Source: a virus
Taxonomy: Duplodnaviria > Caudoviricetes
Direction: 5' to 3' (one strand)
IMG/VR virus record: IMGVR_UViG_3300044267_003827
Location: 1 to 30,150 of that record
Length of the DNA stretch: 30,150 bases
Below are positions 16,207 to 25,057 of this stretch, piece by piece. The position numbers were made by a program, and so were the translations under genes. How positions within the stretch are numbered: position 1 is the first letter of the stretch; every line of letters starts with the position of its first letter. The notes below the pieces were generated by a model. The model had not been told where the DNA came from and did no database searches. It saw nothing but the letters and a program-made list of their open reading frames with translations.

Positions 16207-16970
16207 TATACGAAAAAATACTCCTCATGCATCCAGTCCTCTACAGTATTGTACTTCTTTACACGTTCAAAGTTATCCATAACAGCTTCCTTTTTTGATT
16301 CGTACAATTCAGGGGACAACTGACTAACATCGAAATCGTCAGTCAGCATTATAATTCCATCTTTGTTAAAATAATCCACAATTTTTTCTGTTCCGTAATA
16401 CACTGGGATTGTTCCTGTAGCAAAGCAGTCTAGAATCTTCTCTGTGAAATAAGTGTCGTATTTTCCATTTTCAATAGCAATAGAAAAGTAATAATCATTT
16501 AAGGCTTCTTCTTTTTTATCAATCTCATTGATCCCTTTGCCATATATATCGCAGCATCCTCTTAACTTCTCTAACCAGCCTAACCTATAGCGGTGACCTT
16601 CACACATTACTTTGTTGGAAGTAATAAACGATAGCAATTTAGACTTTGGATGTACCTTCACATCTTCAATCCAAAAGCCACAGGCAGGAGCCATCTTAAA
16701 GAACTCTGGATCACTCTCAATAAGTTCATGATCATGAGTAAACACAGCCTTATATTGAGACTTAAGCAGTTCCTTGTTCTGTGTAGCCACCTCATACGCT
16801 TGAGGTATGATTGATTTAGACTCATGCAGCCATGCATAGGTTGCAGGAGAAAAGTGGTCAATCGAGATCGAGTCTTCCGCGCTATCTGTGTAGATAATCT
16901 TTTCACTAGTCTTCCATAATGTAGACGAGTGAGCATGTGAGAAGGAGCCTCCTATTCGTCGCAAATTCAT
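16206..16970 (-). CDS. GT10-like (alpha-1,3-fucosyltransferase family) glycosyltransferase
   Basis: YYFSIAIEN...YFTEKILDCFATGTIPVYYG signature. Start reassigned to MNLRRIGG. Confidence 0.82.
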   Translation of the reverse strand: MNLRRIGGSFSHAHSSTLWKTSEKIIYTDSAEDSISIDHFSPATYAWLHESKSIIPQAYEVATQNKELLKSQYKAVFTHDHELIESDPEFFKMAPACGFWIEDVKVHPKSKLLSFITSNKVMCEGHRYRLGWLEKLRGCCDIYGKGINEIDKKEEALNDYYFSIAIENGKYDTYFTEKILDCFATGTIPVYYGTEKIVDYFNKDGIIMLTDDFDVSQLSPELYESKKEAVMDNFERVKKYNTVEDWMHEEYFFV

Positions 16971-16971
16971 C

Positions 16972-17586
16972 CTACACGGCTCCTTTAACATAAAAAGCAT
17001 CACCCCAAGTGATACCGTCCCAAGTAGTCTCTACCCTCTTTAAACCATAGGGCAATAGAAAATCATCAATCTCGTTAATCATGCAACAGCCCTCGTAGAC
17101 TTCAGCCCTATTTACTTCGCACATCAAATAATCAATGTGCTTAAGCGACTCGGTAGCCCCCTTCAAAACTTCCAGTTCGTAACCCTGCACATCCATATTA
17201 ATAAAGTTAAAAGTGTCCTTTTTTTCTAATACGTTATCTAAAGTATCCACTTCGACTTCTTCTTCGTCTGGGAAGGTAATGTGTGGGTACTGCTGTAAAT
17301 GCAAATGAGGCTTTAGCAAAGAACTAGACTGTCCTTGATTAGCAGACTCTACATACATCTTTTTGCTTTGTTTCTCTGCGCCCAAGGCTACCATAATAAG
17401 AGGCCATTCAGTAACCTTACTTTTAAGAACATCAAAGTTCTTTTTAAGAGGTTCAAAGAACATCCGATTAGGATAATTTAAAGTATCATAAACAGAGTTC
17501 TCCTCTCCATAGTGTGCTCCAATGTGTAGGAGCCCTTTAACATTCATATCGTACTTTTCATTAAGCGTAATTAAATCTAATAGCAT
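16972..17586 (-). CDS. FkbM-family methyltransferase
   Basis: HIGAHYGEE, FFEP and NMDVQGYELEVLKGA. Start reassigned to MLLDL. Confidence 0.88.
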   Translation of the reverse strand: MLLDLITLNEKYDMNVKGLLHIGAHYGEENSVYDTLNYPNRMFFEPLKKNFDVLKSKVTEWPLIMVALGAEKQSKKMYVESANQGQSSSLLKPHLHLQQYPHITFPDEEEVEVDTLDNVLEKKDTFNFINMDVQGYELEVLKGATESLKHIDYLMCEVNRAEVYEGCCMINEIDDFLLPYGLKRVETTWDGITWGDAFYVKGAV

Positions 17587-17587
17587 A

Positions 17588-18361
17588 TTAAACCTCTTCC
17601 CATCCTTCAGGAAGCATATCCTGAGTGTCTTGTGGTCCCAGTGGACCAAACCAATTTTTAGGAGCAATAATTCTCCCGTCCGTCTTTGATAACCATGCAC
17701 CCCACCAACTAAAAGTGCTGTTTGCCAAAATGTGATGGTGGCACTTACTCATGGTATACAAATCTAGATAATCTTTGTCCAGCACTGAAAAGGAATAACC
17801 TTCCCCAAAAGTCTCCCGACACCATGCAATATCATCGGAGAAGATTAAAACTCTGTCCTTATCCTCAATAGAATCCAAAGCTCTCTCGTAATATGAGAGG
17901 TCCACCGATCCAAATATTCCTGGGTTAAGGAGGTAGTCTCCTCTTCTAACATGAAGAGCTACCACCTTCTCATCCTTCAAGTAGGGGTATTGTTCATCTA
18001 TGAGTTCTTCTATCTGTGGGGTCATACTGAAAAGGTCTGCGATATCCTCTTTACAATCTTCGAAATACTTTTCACTTTGAAAATATCCAACCAGAAAGAG
18101 GTTGTCCCTCATGGGTAATGGAGTGTAATGATGACCCTGTTGGGGGACCTGCTCATTACCTAGAAAAGAATCATACGGGAGACTGTCAACGGCTCTAAGA
18201 ATATTATCCTTATATGTGGAAATGTTATTGCCCTGTAAAGGAAGGTGATGTTGTCCTTCGATAACAGAAAAGGTAGTACCGAGCCTCTTGGCGTGAGCTA
18301 CCCCTGCTGCTACCTGAAATAACTGATTCCCTAGTCCTCCCTGAATAAAGCTTCCTATCAT
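17588..18361 (-). CDS. GT11 alpha-1,2-fucosyltransferase-like protein
   Basis: GGLGNQLFQ, GYFQSEKYF, HVRRGDY, FSDDIAWC and NSTFSWWGAWL. Confidence 0.92.
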   Translation of the reverse strand: MIGSFIQGGLGNQLFQVAAGVAHAKRLGTTFSVIEGQHHLPLQGNNISTYKDNILRAVDSLPYDSFLGNEQVPQQGHHYTPLPMRDNLFLVGYFQSEKYFEDCKEDIADLFSMTPQIEELIDEQYPYLKDEKVVALHVRRGDYLLNPGIFGSVDLSYYERALDSIEDKDRVLIFSDDIAWCRETFGEGYSFSVLDKDYLDLYTMSKCHHHILANSTFSWWGAWLSKTDGRIIAPKNWFGPLGPQDTQDMLPEGWEEV

Positions 18362-19833
18362 GATGTTCTCTTTAGTATGCTATGTGGTAATTGCCCCTGC
18401 CCCATACTGTGTTCAAATTTGATAAACCCACCAGCAGGATTGAAGGGAATGTTCAGCTTCTCCCTAACCTCTTTCTCTAGTTTATCTCTCTCGATCACCA
18501 ACTCTTCTGAGGTAATATTATCAGTCCAAACATAGGCTCTATAACCTCCTTCAGGATCACCCTTATAATAGTCAGGCTCCTCTAAATAGTTAAGATCCTT
18601 CTGATATAAACGATCCCCCGTTCGAGGCTGGGTGTACGCATAATAATCATCCTCTTGAATGGCATCATCAAAGTAAGGAGAGCCAGGATAAGTGGTGATG
18701 ATCGTGCAATCGAAGTCTTCTGGTTTGGTTTCGAGTAACCAATTCTTCGTATTCTCTATGCTTTCCTTGCTCTCTCCCGCATGACCAATAGACATCAAGG
18801 CTTTAACCTTAAGTCCTGCATTTTTAGCGTACTGAATACATCGTGTGTTGGCAGCAACATCGGCATTTTTTTCTATGTTTGTCAGGATCCGTTCGTCACC
18901 AGATTCAAATCCTGTAAGAAGCCACCTAAACCCTGCTGCATACATTAAATCGGCTTGCCTCTGAGTAAATAACTCCGCTTTAACAAACCCTCGTAACATA
19001 AATCTCTCGCCTACCTCTTCCTGTAGTTTAATGAGCTTTTCTAACAAGGTTTCCCACTCCTTATTTACATTAAGCTCATCATCATAAAACATAAACCCTG
19101 TAAATCCGTAGGTGTTATACAAGTGCCTGACCTCTTCCACAACTGAGTCGGAAGATCTAGTTCTAATTCGTCTAAGAAAAGGTGAGTTTCTACCTCCACA
19201 AAAGGTACATTTAAACGGACAACCGAGTTGGCAAATTACACTCGTAGCATTGGCCCCCTCGATCTGATAATGGTAAGAATCAACATCCACTAAATGTCTA
19301 GCGGGAAGGGGCAAGCTATCAAGCTCTTCATTACTTAAAAACAGGTCCCCTTTAGGCAAATCTGCGTCTACAATTCCATTGTCTATGGCGAGGGCCTCGA
19401 AAATAGCTTTCTCACCATCCCCAGCAACAATAACGTCGAAATACTGTAATAGTGCCTCTATGTCTTGTGATGCTCTGCCTGATTCTTTCTCTTTCTTCAT
19501 TGCGGAGTGCATCAGAGAGCAGTGCGTACCTCCAAGTATTGTTTTAGAGTTAGGAGATATGGTGCGTATGTGTTTAGATATTCTGAACGCATAAGGAATT
19601 TGAGGTGTAGTAGCCGTCAAGCCGAACGTCAAAACCTCAGGATTCTGATCCACATAAAGGTCTAAAACTTCATAGCAATTCTCAACCCCTGCGAGATCAA
19701 GAAAATCAACTTTATACCCTTTAGACTCTAACGCCGAAGCTACCTTTAAGATACCTATGTGCATAAATACCCTTTCATCTAGAAGAAAAGGTGAAGGAGG
19801 TGTAATTAGACAAATTCTATTTTTGGATGACAT
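18358..19833 (-). CDS. Cobalamin-dependent radical SAM enzyme
   Basis: N-terminal B12-binding domain (GLTATTPQ...ILGGTH...GDGE), GCPFKCTFC, FYDDEL and GFESG. Confidence 0.88.
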   Translation of the reverse strand: MSSKNRICLITPPSPFLLDERVFMHIGILKVASALESKGYKVDFLDLAGVENCYEVLDLYVDQNPEVLTFGLTATTPQIPYAFRISKHIRTISPNSKTILGGTHCSLMHSAMKKEKESGRASQDIEALLQYFDVIVAGDGEKAIFEALAIDNGIVDADLPKGDLFLSNEELDSLPLPARHLVDVDSYHYQIEGANATSVICQLGCPFKCTFCGGRNSPFLRRIRTRSSDSVVEEVRHLYNTYGFTGFMFYDDELNVNKEWETLLEKLIKLQEEVGERFMLRGFVKAELFTQRQADLMYAAGFRWLLTGFESGDERILTNIEKNADVAANTRCIQYAKNAGLKVKALMSIGHAGESKESIENTKNWLLETKPEDFDCTIITTYPGSPYFDDAIQEDDYYAYTQPRTGDRLYQKDLNYLEEPDYYKGDPEGGYRAYVWTDNITSEELVIERDKLEKEVREKLNIPFNPAGGFIKFEHSMGQGQLPHSILKRTS

Positions 19834-20524
19834 CTAACGCATTCCCTACCTGCGAGGTGTAATTTTGTTTATGTTCATTATTATCAGTGGTCAAATTATA
19901 TACTAATAAAATATCAGTAATAAACTTCACTCGCTCATATCCTATCTTCTCTAAAATCGGGACAAAGATAACCACATCTGCTGCTGCGGTGTAAGGCTGT
20001 CCATCCCTGCCTTTGAAGTTGCTCTCATCTAGAATATCCCATAAGTGTCTTTTAAAGGTTCTCAAATGAGAAAAAGGCCACCCCTCTAAAACAGCTTGAC
20101 GAGGATGCCCAGTATACTCTCTTGCAATAGCTCTCTCTCCCGTAGTTGAGATATAACTTCCATAGGTTAGCCAGCAATCATTTTCTTTATAGACTGCCGC
20201 CACCTTAGATAAAGAGCTTTCGTCATAGAACCAATCATCACCATCCAAATGAACGATCACATCTTCTGAAGAAGCGTTCGATGCTTCTACACCTTTTTTA
20301 TGATTTAAAGGAACTCCTATTCTCTGTTCATTAGAGATCACCGTGAATCGCTTATCCTCCCCTATGGCCTTTTTTGCCCTCTCCACGGTTTCATCAGAGG
20401 AGTTATCATCAATGATAATTTGATGAAAGTCCTGATGTGTTTGTTCTTTAACAGAGTTTATGCATTTTTCAATCCAGTCCTCTGCGTTGTACACAGGGGT
20501 AATTATTTTAAAATTGATTCCCAT
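19817..20524 (-). CDS. GT2 family glycosyltransferase
   Basis: IITPVYNAE...IIDDNSSD...HLDGDDW. Confidence 0.88.
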   Translation of the reverse strand: MGINFKIITPVYNAEDWIEKCINSVKEQTHQDFHQIIIDDNSSDETVERAKKAIGEDKRFTVISNEQRIGVPLNHKKGVEASNASSEDVIVHLDGDDWFYDESSLSKVAAVYKENDCWLTYGSYISTTGERAIAREYTGHPRQAVLEGWPFSHLRTFKRHLWDILDESNFKGRDGQPYTAAADVVIFVPILEKIGYERVKFITDILLVYNLTTDNNEHKQNYTSQVGNALDVIQK

Positions 20525-21300
20525 TTTTCTAAAATCTCCTCTTCTGATAAAATCTCTTGTCCATTACTCTTCCCATTGAAGGGTATCCCTGAGAGCCTAC
20601 ACTCGGCCTCTACGAGCCCGTAAGTCTCGCTAAGGGAGGAATGATACACTTCACTGATCTGCCCGTACAGGGCGTCACGGTCGCTCTCATGACCAGCCAT
20701 GATTACTTTACCTGAAAGAAGGAGGGGGCGTACATATTCATTAAAGTAAGGTAGATCTGTTACTTCTCCAAAAATTAGTACTGTTTCATAACCTCCCACG
20801 CTCAAGGCTCTATTAATAGAAATATGGGTCTGCTTGTTTCGGTCAATGCTGCCAATAACGCCAGCTACGTTATTTCCAGGATCAGTCCAATTCACTACAT
20901 GAGCAATAGGAGGAATAACGGTCTGGTGTCTATGAGATACACTTTGCCAGTTCTTTTGTAATTCGCTAACAAAATGTAAAGTATCATACTCCTCTAGATC
21001 TTGTCTACCTGTCTCCACCATTTGATTGATAGGCCAAATATCCTTTTCATGACAACTAAATATGTGTTTCTTACATTTAGGCGTTTCGCTAAAACGCATA
21101 AAATGGGAAATTATGATATCTTCGGGATCAGAGCTAAATTCACTAAATCTTCCAGACTTACACTTATCCAGGTGGTAGTCATGAGGGCCATAAAAGGTGC
21201 AATCATACCCATTATCATTTAGTAAATTCGTTAGGGTAATATGGGAATCGGTGCTGCCGCCAGGGTTGGACCATCCGCTACAGAGCTTAATTCGTGACAT
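20503..21300 (-). CDS. GT-B (GT4-like) glycosyltransferase
   Basis: PGGS N-terminal loop and ETYGLVEAEC...GIP (ExxGxxxxE). Start reassigned to MSRIKL. Confidence 0.72.
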   Translation of the reverse strand: MSRIKLCSGWSNPGGSTDSHITLTNLLNDNGYDCTFYGPHDYHLDKCKSGRFSEFSSDPEDIIISHFMRFSETPKCKKHIFSCHEKDIWPINQMVETGRQDLEEYDTLHFVSELQKNWQSVSHRHQTVIPPIAHVVNWTDPGNNVAGVIGSIDRNKQTHISINRALSVGGYETVLIFGEVTDLPYFNEYVRPLLLSGKVIMAGHESDRDALYGQISEVYHSSLSETYGLVEAECRLSGIPFNGKSNGQEILSEEEILEKWESILK

Positions 21301-22456
21301 TGATCGTTCCCATAAGTTGACGATAGAGGTCCAAGCGTTGACCAACTACTTTATTCATATCAAAATTCTCTTCCGTAATAGCATGAAGGTTTTCGCCCAT
21401 CCTAGTGACTAACTTAGGATCTTTAGCCACTCTTGACAACACTCTAGTCCAATCACTTACGCCCTTCTTTGGATCAATCAGGAAGCCAGTCTCGCCATCT
21501 ACAATCCACTCGTCGTAACAGCCTACATTAGATGCGACGAGAGGAACTTTATACCTACCACACTCTGCTAATTTAATTTCAGACTTACTATCATTGAAGG
21601 GATTATTCTCTAGGGGAGCTAACGCCACATCCATGTTAGTAAAAAACTGTCCGTAACGATCAGGTGTTTGAGCGTAATGTATGTTCCAGTTCTTATTGCC
21701 TTTGAATCCTCGTAGGATGATATCTCTATACTTCTTCCAGACATCCACCTGCCAATCATCCTTGGGTGTGTTCGGTGGTGGGTGTCCGTAGAAGTCCCAG
21801 ACACAGTTCTCTCTGCCCACTCGTTGATTGACAAAATGAGGAACACCAGAGAAATACTTCAGGTCTTGCTCATGGTGGATACCTCCTGCCCAACCAAATC
21901 TACAGAACTTCTTTCTTGGCTTGGGAAGCTTTTGCATGTTCCAGCACGGTAGATTATAATCAACAGAGTTTTTAATCACAGCCAGAGCATTACCGTTTCC
22001 AATGAAGGGCTGCACCCTCTCGGCAAACTTTCTCTGAGTAACACTAACCAGATCAGCGTTGTTGTAAATGAATTTAGTGATCTCCTCTAGGCCCTTCTCC
22101 TTGTAAACATGGTAAAGCCTGTGCCCCTCATAGATATTGGTTAAAAGATCATCTGTGTCGTAATGAACAAACTTCCCAAATTCCTTAGCCTTTCCAACAA
22201 TCCTTGCGGTGTAGTTGCCCCCAAAGTTAGATAGGTTCTGGGTCATGACGATATCAGCCCACTTCATATTCTCAAACTTCCAGTCCTGCCTCCAGGTTCC
22301 GTTCGACTCATCAATACCTAGGGGGTTTTTGTCCCAACGTATCTCAACCTGATCTCCATATAACTCCTCAAGCTTTTGCATGGGAGCAATGATTCGGTAG
22401 TAGGCACAGCCACCCTCGTTAGCAGGGACACAAAGTATTTTAAGTTTATCACTCAT
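21287..22456 (-). CDS. GT-B (GT4-like) glycosyltransferase
   Basis: GGCAYYRI, YDTDD, GWAGG..H..D, DVALAPL..NPFNDSKSEIKLAE and DGETGFL. Start reassigned to MSDKLK. Confidence 0.85.
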   Translation of the reverse strand: MSDKLKILCVPANEGGCAYYRIIAPMQKLEELYGDQVEIRWDKNPLGIDESNGTWRQDWKFENMKWADIVMTQNLSNFGGNYTARIVGKAKEFGKFVHYDTDDLLTNIYEGHRLYHVYKEKGLEEITKFIYNNADLVSVTQRKFAERVQPFIGNGNALAVIKNSVDYNLPCWNMQKLPKPRKKFCRFGWAGGIHHEQDLKYFSGVPHFVNQRVGRENCVWDFYGHPPPNTPKDDWQVDVWKKYRDIILRGFKGNKNWNIHYAQTPDRYGQFFTNMDVALAPLENNPFNDSKSEIKLAECGRYKVPLVASNVGCYDEWIVDGETGFLIDPKKGVSDWTRVLSRVAKDPKLVTRMGENLHAITEENFDMNKVVGQRLDLYRQLMGTINVTN

Positions 22457-22461
22457 GGTAT

Positions 22462-22496
22462 AAAAATAGAGAGACACCTATTAGATGCCTCTCTAT
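22462..22496 (-). terminator. Intrinsic terminator between the lipoprotein gene and the glycosylation island
   Basis: ATAGAGAGGCATCT-AAT-AGGTGTCTCTCTAT followed by TTTT on the minus strand. Confidence 0.72.
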
Positions 22497-22518
22497 GATA
22501 GTTTCGTTTGCTTATGCT

Positions 22519-22902
22519 TTAAGCTTTTTTACTCGTTACTGCCTCAACTTTAGCTGCGGTAACCTCTTCCTCATTTGCAGCTTTCGTTGCGTCTGAGGAG
22601 TGAGCCAGACCAAGACCAGAACCGAGAGATTTAATAGCATCCCCGAACTCCATGTTCTTGTTCATAGGAACGATAGCCGTGACCATGTTAGTGTAGTGCT
22701 GCCTCTTACGAGGGCTGAAAATTGATCCAGCGCCCTCCCATGCCGCAAGGCTGGGAATGAAACCAGTTAGCATGGTCCAGATGGAGTCGATGATCCCTCC
22801 AAACGACATGGGCTCGCCTTCTGCTCCACCCATGAAGCCTTCAACAACGGAGCAGGACATCAACCCAGCACCCAATACAATCATAAAAATAAGATTTTTC
22901 AT
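22519..22902 (-). CDS. Putative lipoprotein / membrane protein
   Basis: Signal peptide with an LMSC lipobox and amphipathic helices. Confidence 0.62.
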   Translation of the reverse strand: MKNLIFMIVLGAGLMSCSVVEGFMGGAEGEPMSFGGIIDSIWTMLTGFIPSLAAWEGAGSIFSPRKRQHYTNMVTAIVPMNKNMEFGDAIKSLGSGLGLAHSSDATKAANEEEVTAAKVEAVTSKKA

Positions 22903-22908
22903 AGTTAA

Positions 22909-23649
22909 TTAACCTTGAAGTTTAGATAGGTAATCGTTGTCTGAAACCTCTTCGGTGGGCTCAGGGGTAGATGTACCTTGAACTGCTACGCCAATGAGCA
23001 TATCAGTAGCTTTTTTCACCTCTTCATAATCCTCAAGCTTTACGAGGTCATGAATCTCATGGAGGGAATCCATGGTCGCTGCGGTCTCAGCTTTAGAGCC
23101 AAGCTCAGAGGACTTCGGGCGAGGAGCAGACTGGTCATACTTAGGCCATTGTCCGTCCATCTCTTTCACGATCTTGAAGTCGTGACCAGACTCAGGGTCG
23201 GTGATGTCACCGAAGTCTTCGTCAAGCATAGCTCCAATGATCTTCTTGAAGAGGATCACTCCGATGGAGAGGATTTTAACATCGCCGCTTGCACGGTCAA
23301 GGATGTTCATGTAGTACCTAGCACGGGGCTTAATCTTGCGAGCAAGATCTTCGTCCTCCTGCTTGCCAGTCTTCCAGAGGCCATAGTAAAGATCACACAT
23401 GGGGCATTTCTCTCCATGGATCTTACGGCAGTGAATGTTCTTCACGGTCCCGTCAGGCTGGGGGACTCGGTGAATCTTTGTCTCAGCGTAGAACTCCCGA
23501 CTCTCATCCTTCCAAGGAAGAATACGCACAGCATTAGTACCTTCGGGAATTTGATAGAACTTCTGAAGGAAGTCTGAGTTAGAGTTACCCGCTTGCGGGT
23601 TGTTAAGTTGTTCGTGCTTTGCACGGAGAGCTTCGAGATCAATAGCCAT
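22909..23649 (-). CDS. T4 gp32-like single-stranded DNA-binding protein
   Basis: VRILP...HC...CPMC zinc site, RYYMNI, DITDPESGHDFKI, YDQS and an acidic tail, next to UvsY and helicase. Confidence 0.82.
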   Translation of the reverse strand: MAIDLEALRAKHEQLNNPQAGNSNSDFLQKFYQIPEGTNAVRILPWKDESREFYAETKIHRVPQPDGTVKNIHCRKIHGEKCPMCDLYYGLWKTGKQEDEDLARKIKPRARYYMNILDRASGDVKILSIGVILFKKIIGAMLDEDFGDITDPESGHDFKIVKEMDGQWPKYDQSAPRPKSSELGSKAETAATMDSLHEIHDLVKLEDYEEVKKATDMLIGVAVQGTSTPEPTEEVSDNDYLSKLQG

Positions 23650-23692
23650 GTTTAGTTTCCTTTTAGTTAGTGGTTAGTGTATGATAGTAGTA

Positions 23693-24124
23693 TCACTTGT
23701 AAAGTTTAGTTTCTTCTCGTTTATTTGCAGACGCTTGCTGCAACATATCTTTTTTCTGTTCAAGGGCTCTGACGAGTCCTTTGAGTAGTTCGTATTTGAA
23801 GTTAGCATCATCGAGAGCGGTCTGTCTCTGAAAGTATTGCTCGTCGGCAAACACTAGATCGTCCAGGTCTTTTGCGGTCAGCTTGACGCGAGATTCGCGT
23901 TTCGCTTCTTTGCGAAGGCGTGACATGAATCGAGTCAGTTCGAGACTCCTCTCTGAGACCATCTTCTTTGCCATGCCCATCAATCCATAATAGTACGAGT
24001 AGATAGATGCTTGTCGAAACATTTCATTTTCTACTTCGTACTCATTGAATTGAACGAGAGCATCGCTGATGTCTTTATAGTTTTCCCATGTAAAATCTTC
24101 TAGGGATTCAATAAGTTCGTGCAT
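23693..24124 (-). CDS. UvsY-like recombination mediator
   Basis: 143-aa helical protein (RQASIYSYY...KLTAKDLD...ALEQKKDML), adjacent to SSB. Confidence 0.6.
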   Translation of the reverse strand: MHELIESLEDFTWENYKDISDALVQFNEYEVENEMFRQASIYSYYYGLMGMAKKMVSERSLELTRFMSRLRKEAKRESRVKLTAKDLDDLVFADEQYFQRQTALDDANFKYELLKGLVRALEQKKDMLQQASANKREETKLYK

Positions 24125-24126
24125 AA

Positions 24127-24714
24127 TTAGTAGCCAGTTCTAGGTATAGGTATTGCTTGTGGTCCAGTTCTAGGTTCGTCGGGAACTACAGGATCAGTAA
24201 CAACATTGAATGGGTCATTAGGATCGTCGGCCAAAACTGCTCTCTGTTGTCCAGAGGGCAGAATGACTATCGTTTGATTTGCCACCGTGTTGTTAAAGGT
24301 ATTATTCCCAACTTGTATAGTATTAGAGTCCTCGTTCTTCGATTTTCTAACAACATTTGTCAAATAATTTGGATCTTGTAGAAGCTGAGAGGTTGTAGGT
24401 ACTCCAGGTCTGTCCACCAGTATGCGCGGAAAAAGCTGCTCGTATTGAGCAGGAGTAGCTAGGGATAAAGAACCATCACGATCTTGGATAGCGTAGCTTC
24501 CTGCATCTCCATTAAGGGCTCTCTGAGCGGGATTGGCTACTCCTTGTCTGACCAAGCCAAACGGATAACTAATTAAATAAAAGCTCTGAGTCTCTGTGGT
24601 TCTTGTAGGAGTAGAGAACTGAGCGAAGGTCCACCGCCCTTCAAAGTAAACACTCAATTGGGTGATAGGAACCTCAGGTCGGGGTATGATATCTTTAAGG
24701 GTTAAGTCTTTCAT
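24127..24714 (-). CDS. Pro/Thr/Asn-rich hypothetical protein (possible late/virion gene)
   Basis: 195 aa, with CTAGATACT 2 nt before the ATG. Confidence 0.65.
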   Translation of the reverse strand: MKDLTLKDIIPRPEVPITQLSVYFEGRWTFAQFSTPTRTTETQSFYLISYPFGLVRQGVANPAQRALNGDAGSYAIQDRDGSLSLATPAQYEQLFPRILVDRPGVPTTSQLLQDPNYLTNVVRKSKNEDSNTIQVGNNTFNNTVANQTIVILPSGQQRAVLADDPNDPFNVVTDPVVPDEPRTGPQAIPIPRTGY

Positions 24715-24726
24715 ACAGTATCTAGC

Positions 24727-25056
24727 CTACTCAAAGATAAATGCGAACAGTTCTTTATTGAGTCCAGCTAATTGCTGAATCATATTAGACGTTACCGTAG
24801 TCAGGAATTCGTTACCCATTTGTGGCATCTCATCATCGTCCCCTAGCCCATATAAATCAAATCCAATGTGGCAAATCTCATGGAGGAGAGTGGCTCGGTA
24901 GTCTTCAGGGCATTGGTTAGGATCAATGGTCAGTAGAGACTTAGGAAATTCTACACAACCATAGAGGTTGTCTTTTGTCAATGCCTTCTGCTCGATCTTA
25001 AACGTCTTAATCCCTGTGTATACTTCCATGGGATGAACTAGCTTTTCATATCTCAT
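24727..25056 (-). CDS. Small HExxH metallopeptidase-like protein
   Basis: LYGCV...TLLHEICH...NEFLT. Start reassigned to MRYEKL. Confidence 0.7.
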   Translation of the reverse strand: MRYEKLVHPMEVYTGIKTFKIEQKALTKDNLYGCVEFPKSLLTIDPNQCPEDYRATLLHEICHIGFDLYGLGDDDEMPQMGNEFLTTVTSNMIQQLAGLNKELFAFIFE

Positions 25057-25057
25057 T

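Noticed and set aside
22978-23577. 199-aa plus-strand ORF
   Set aside because: Antisense shadow of the SSB gene, explained by codon bias.
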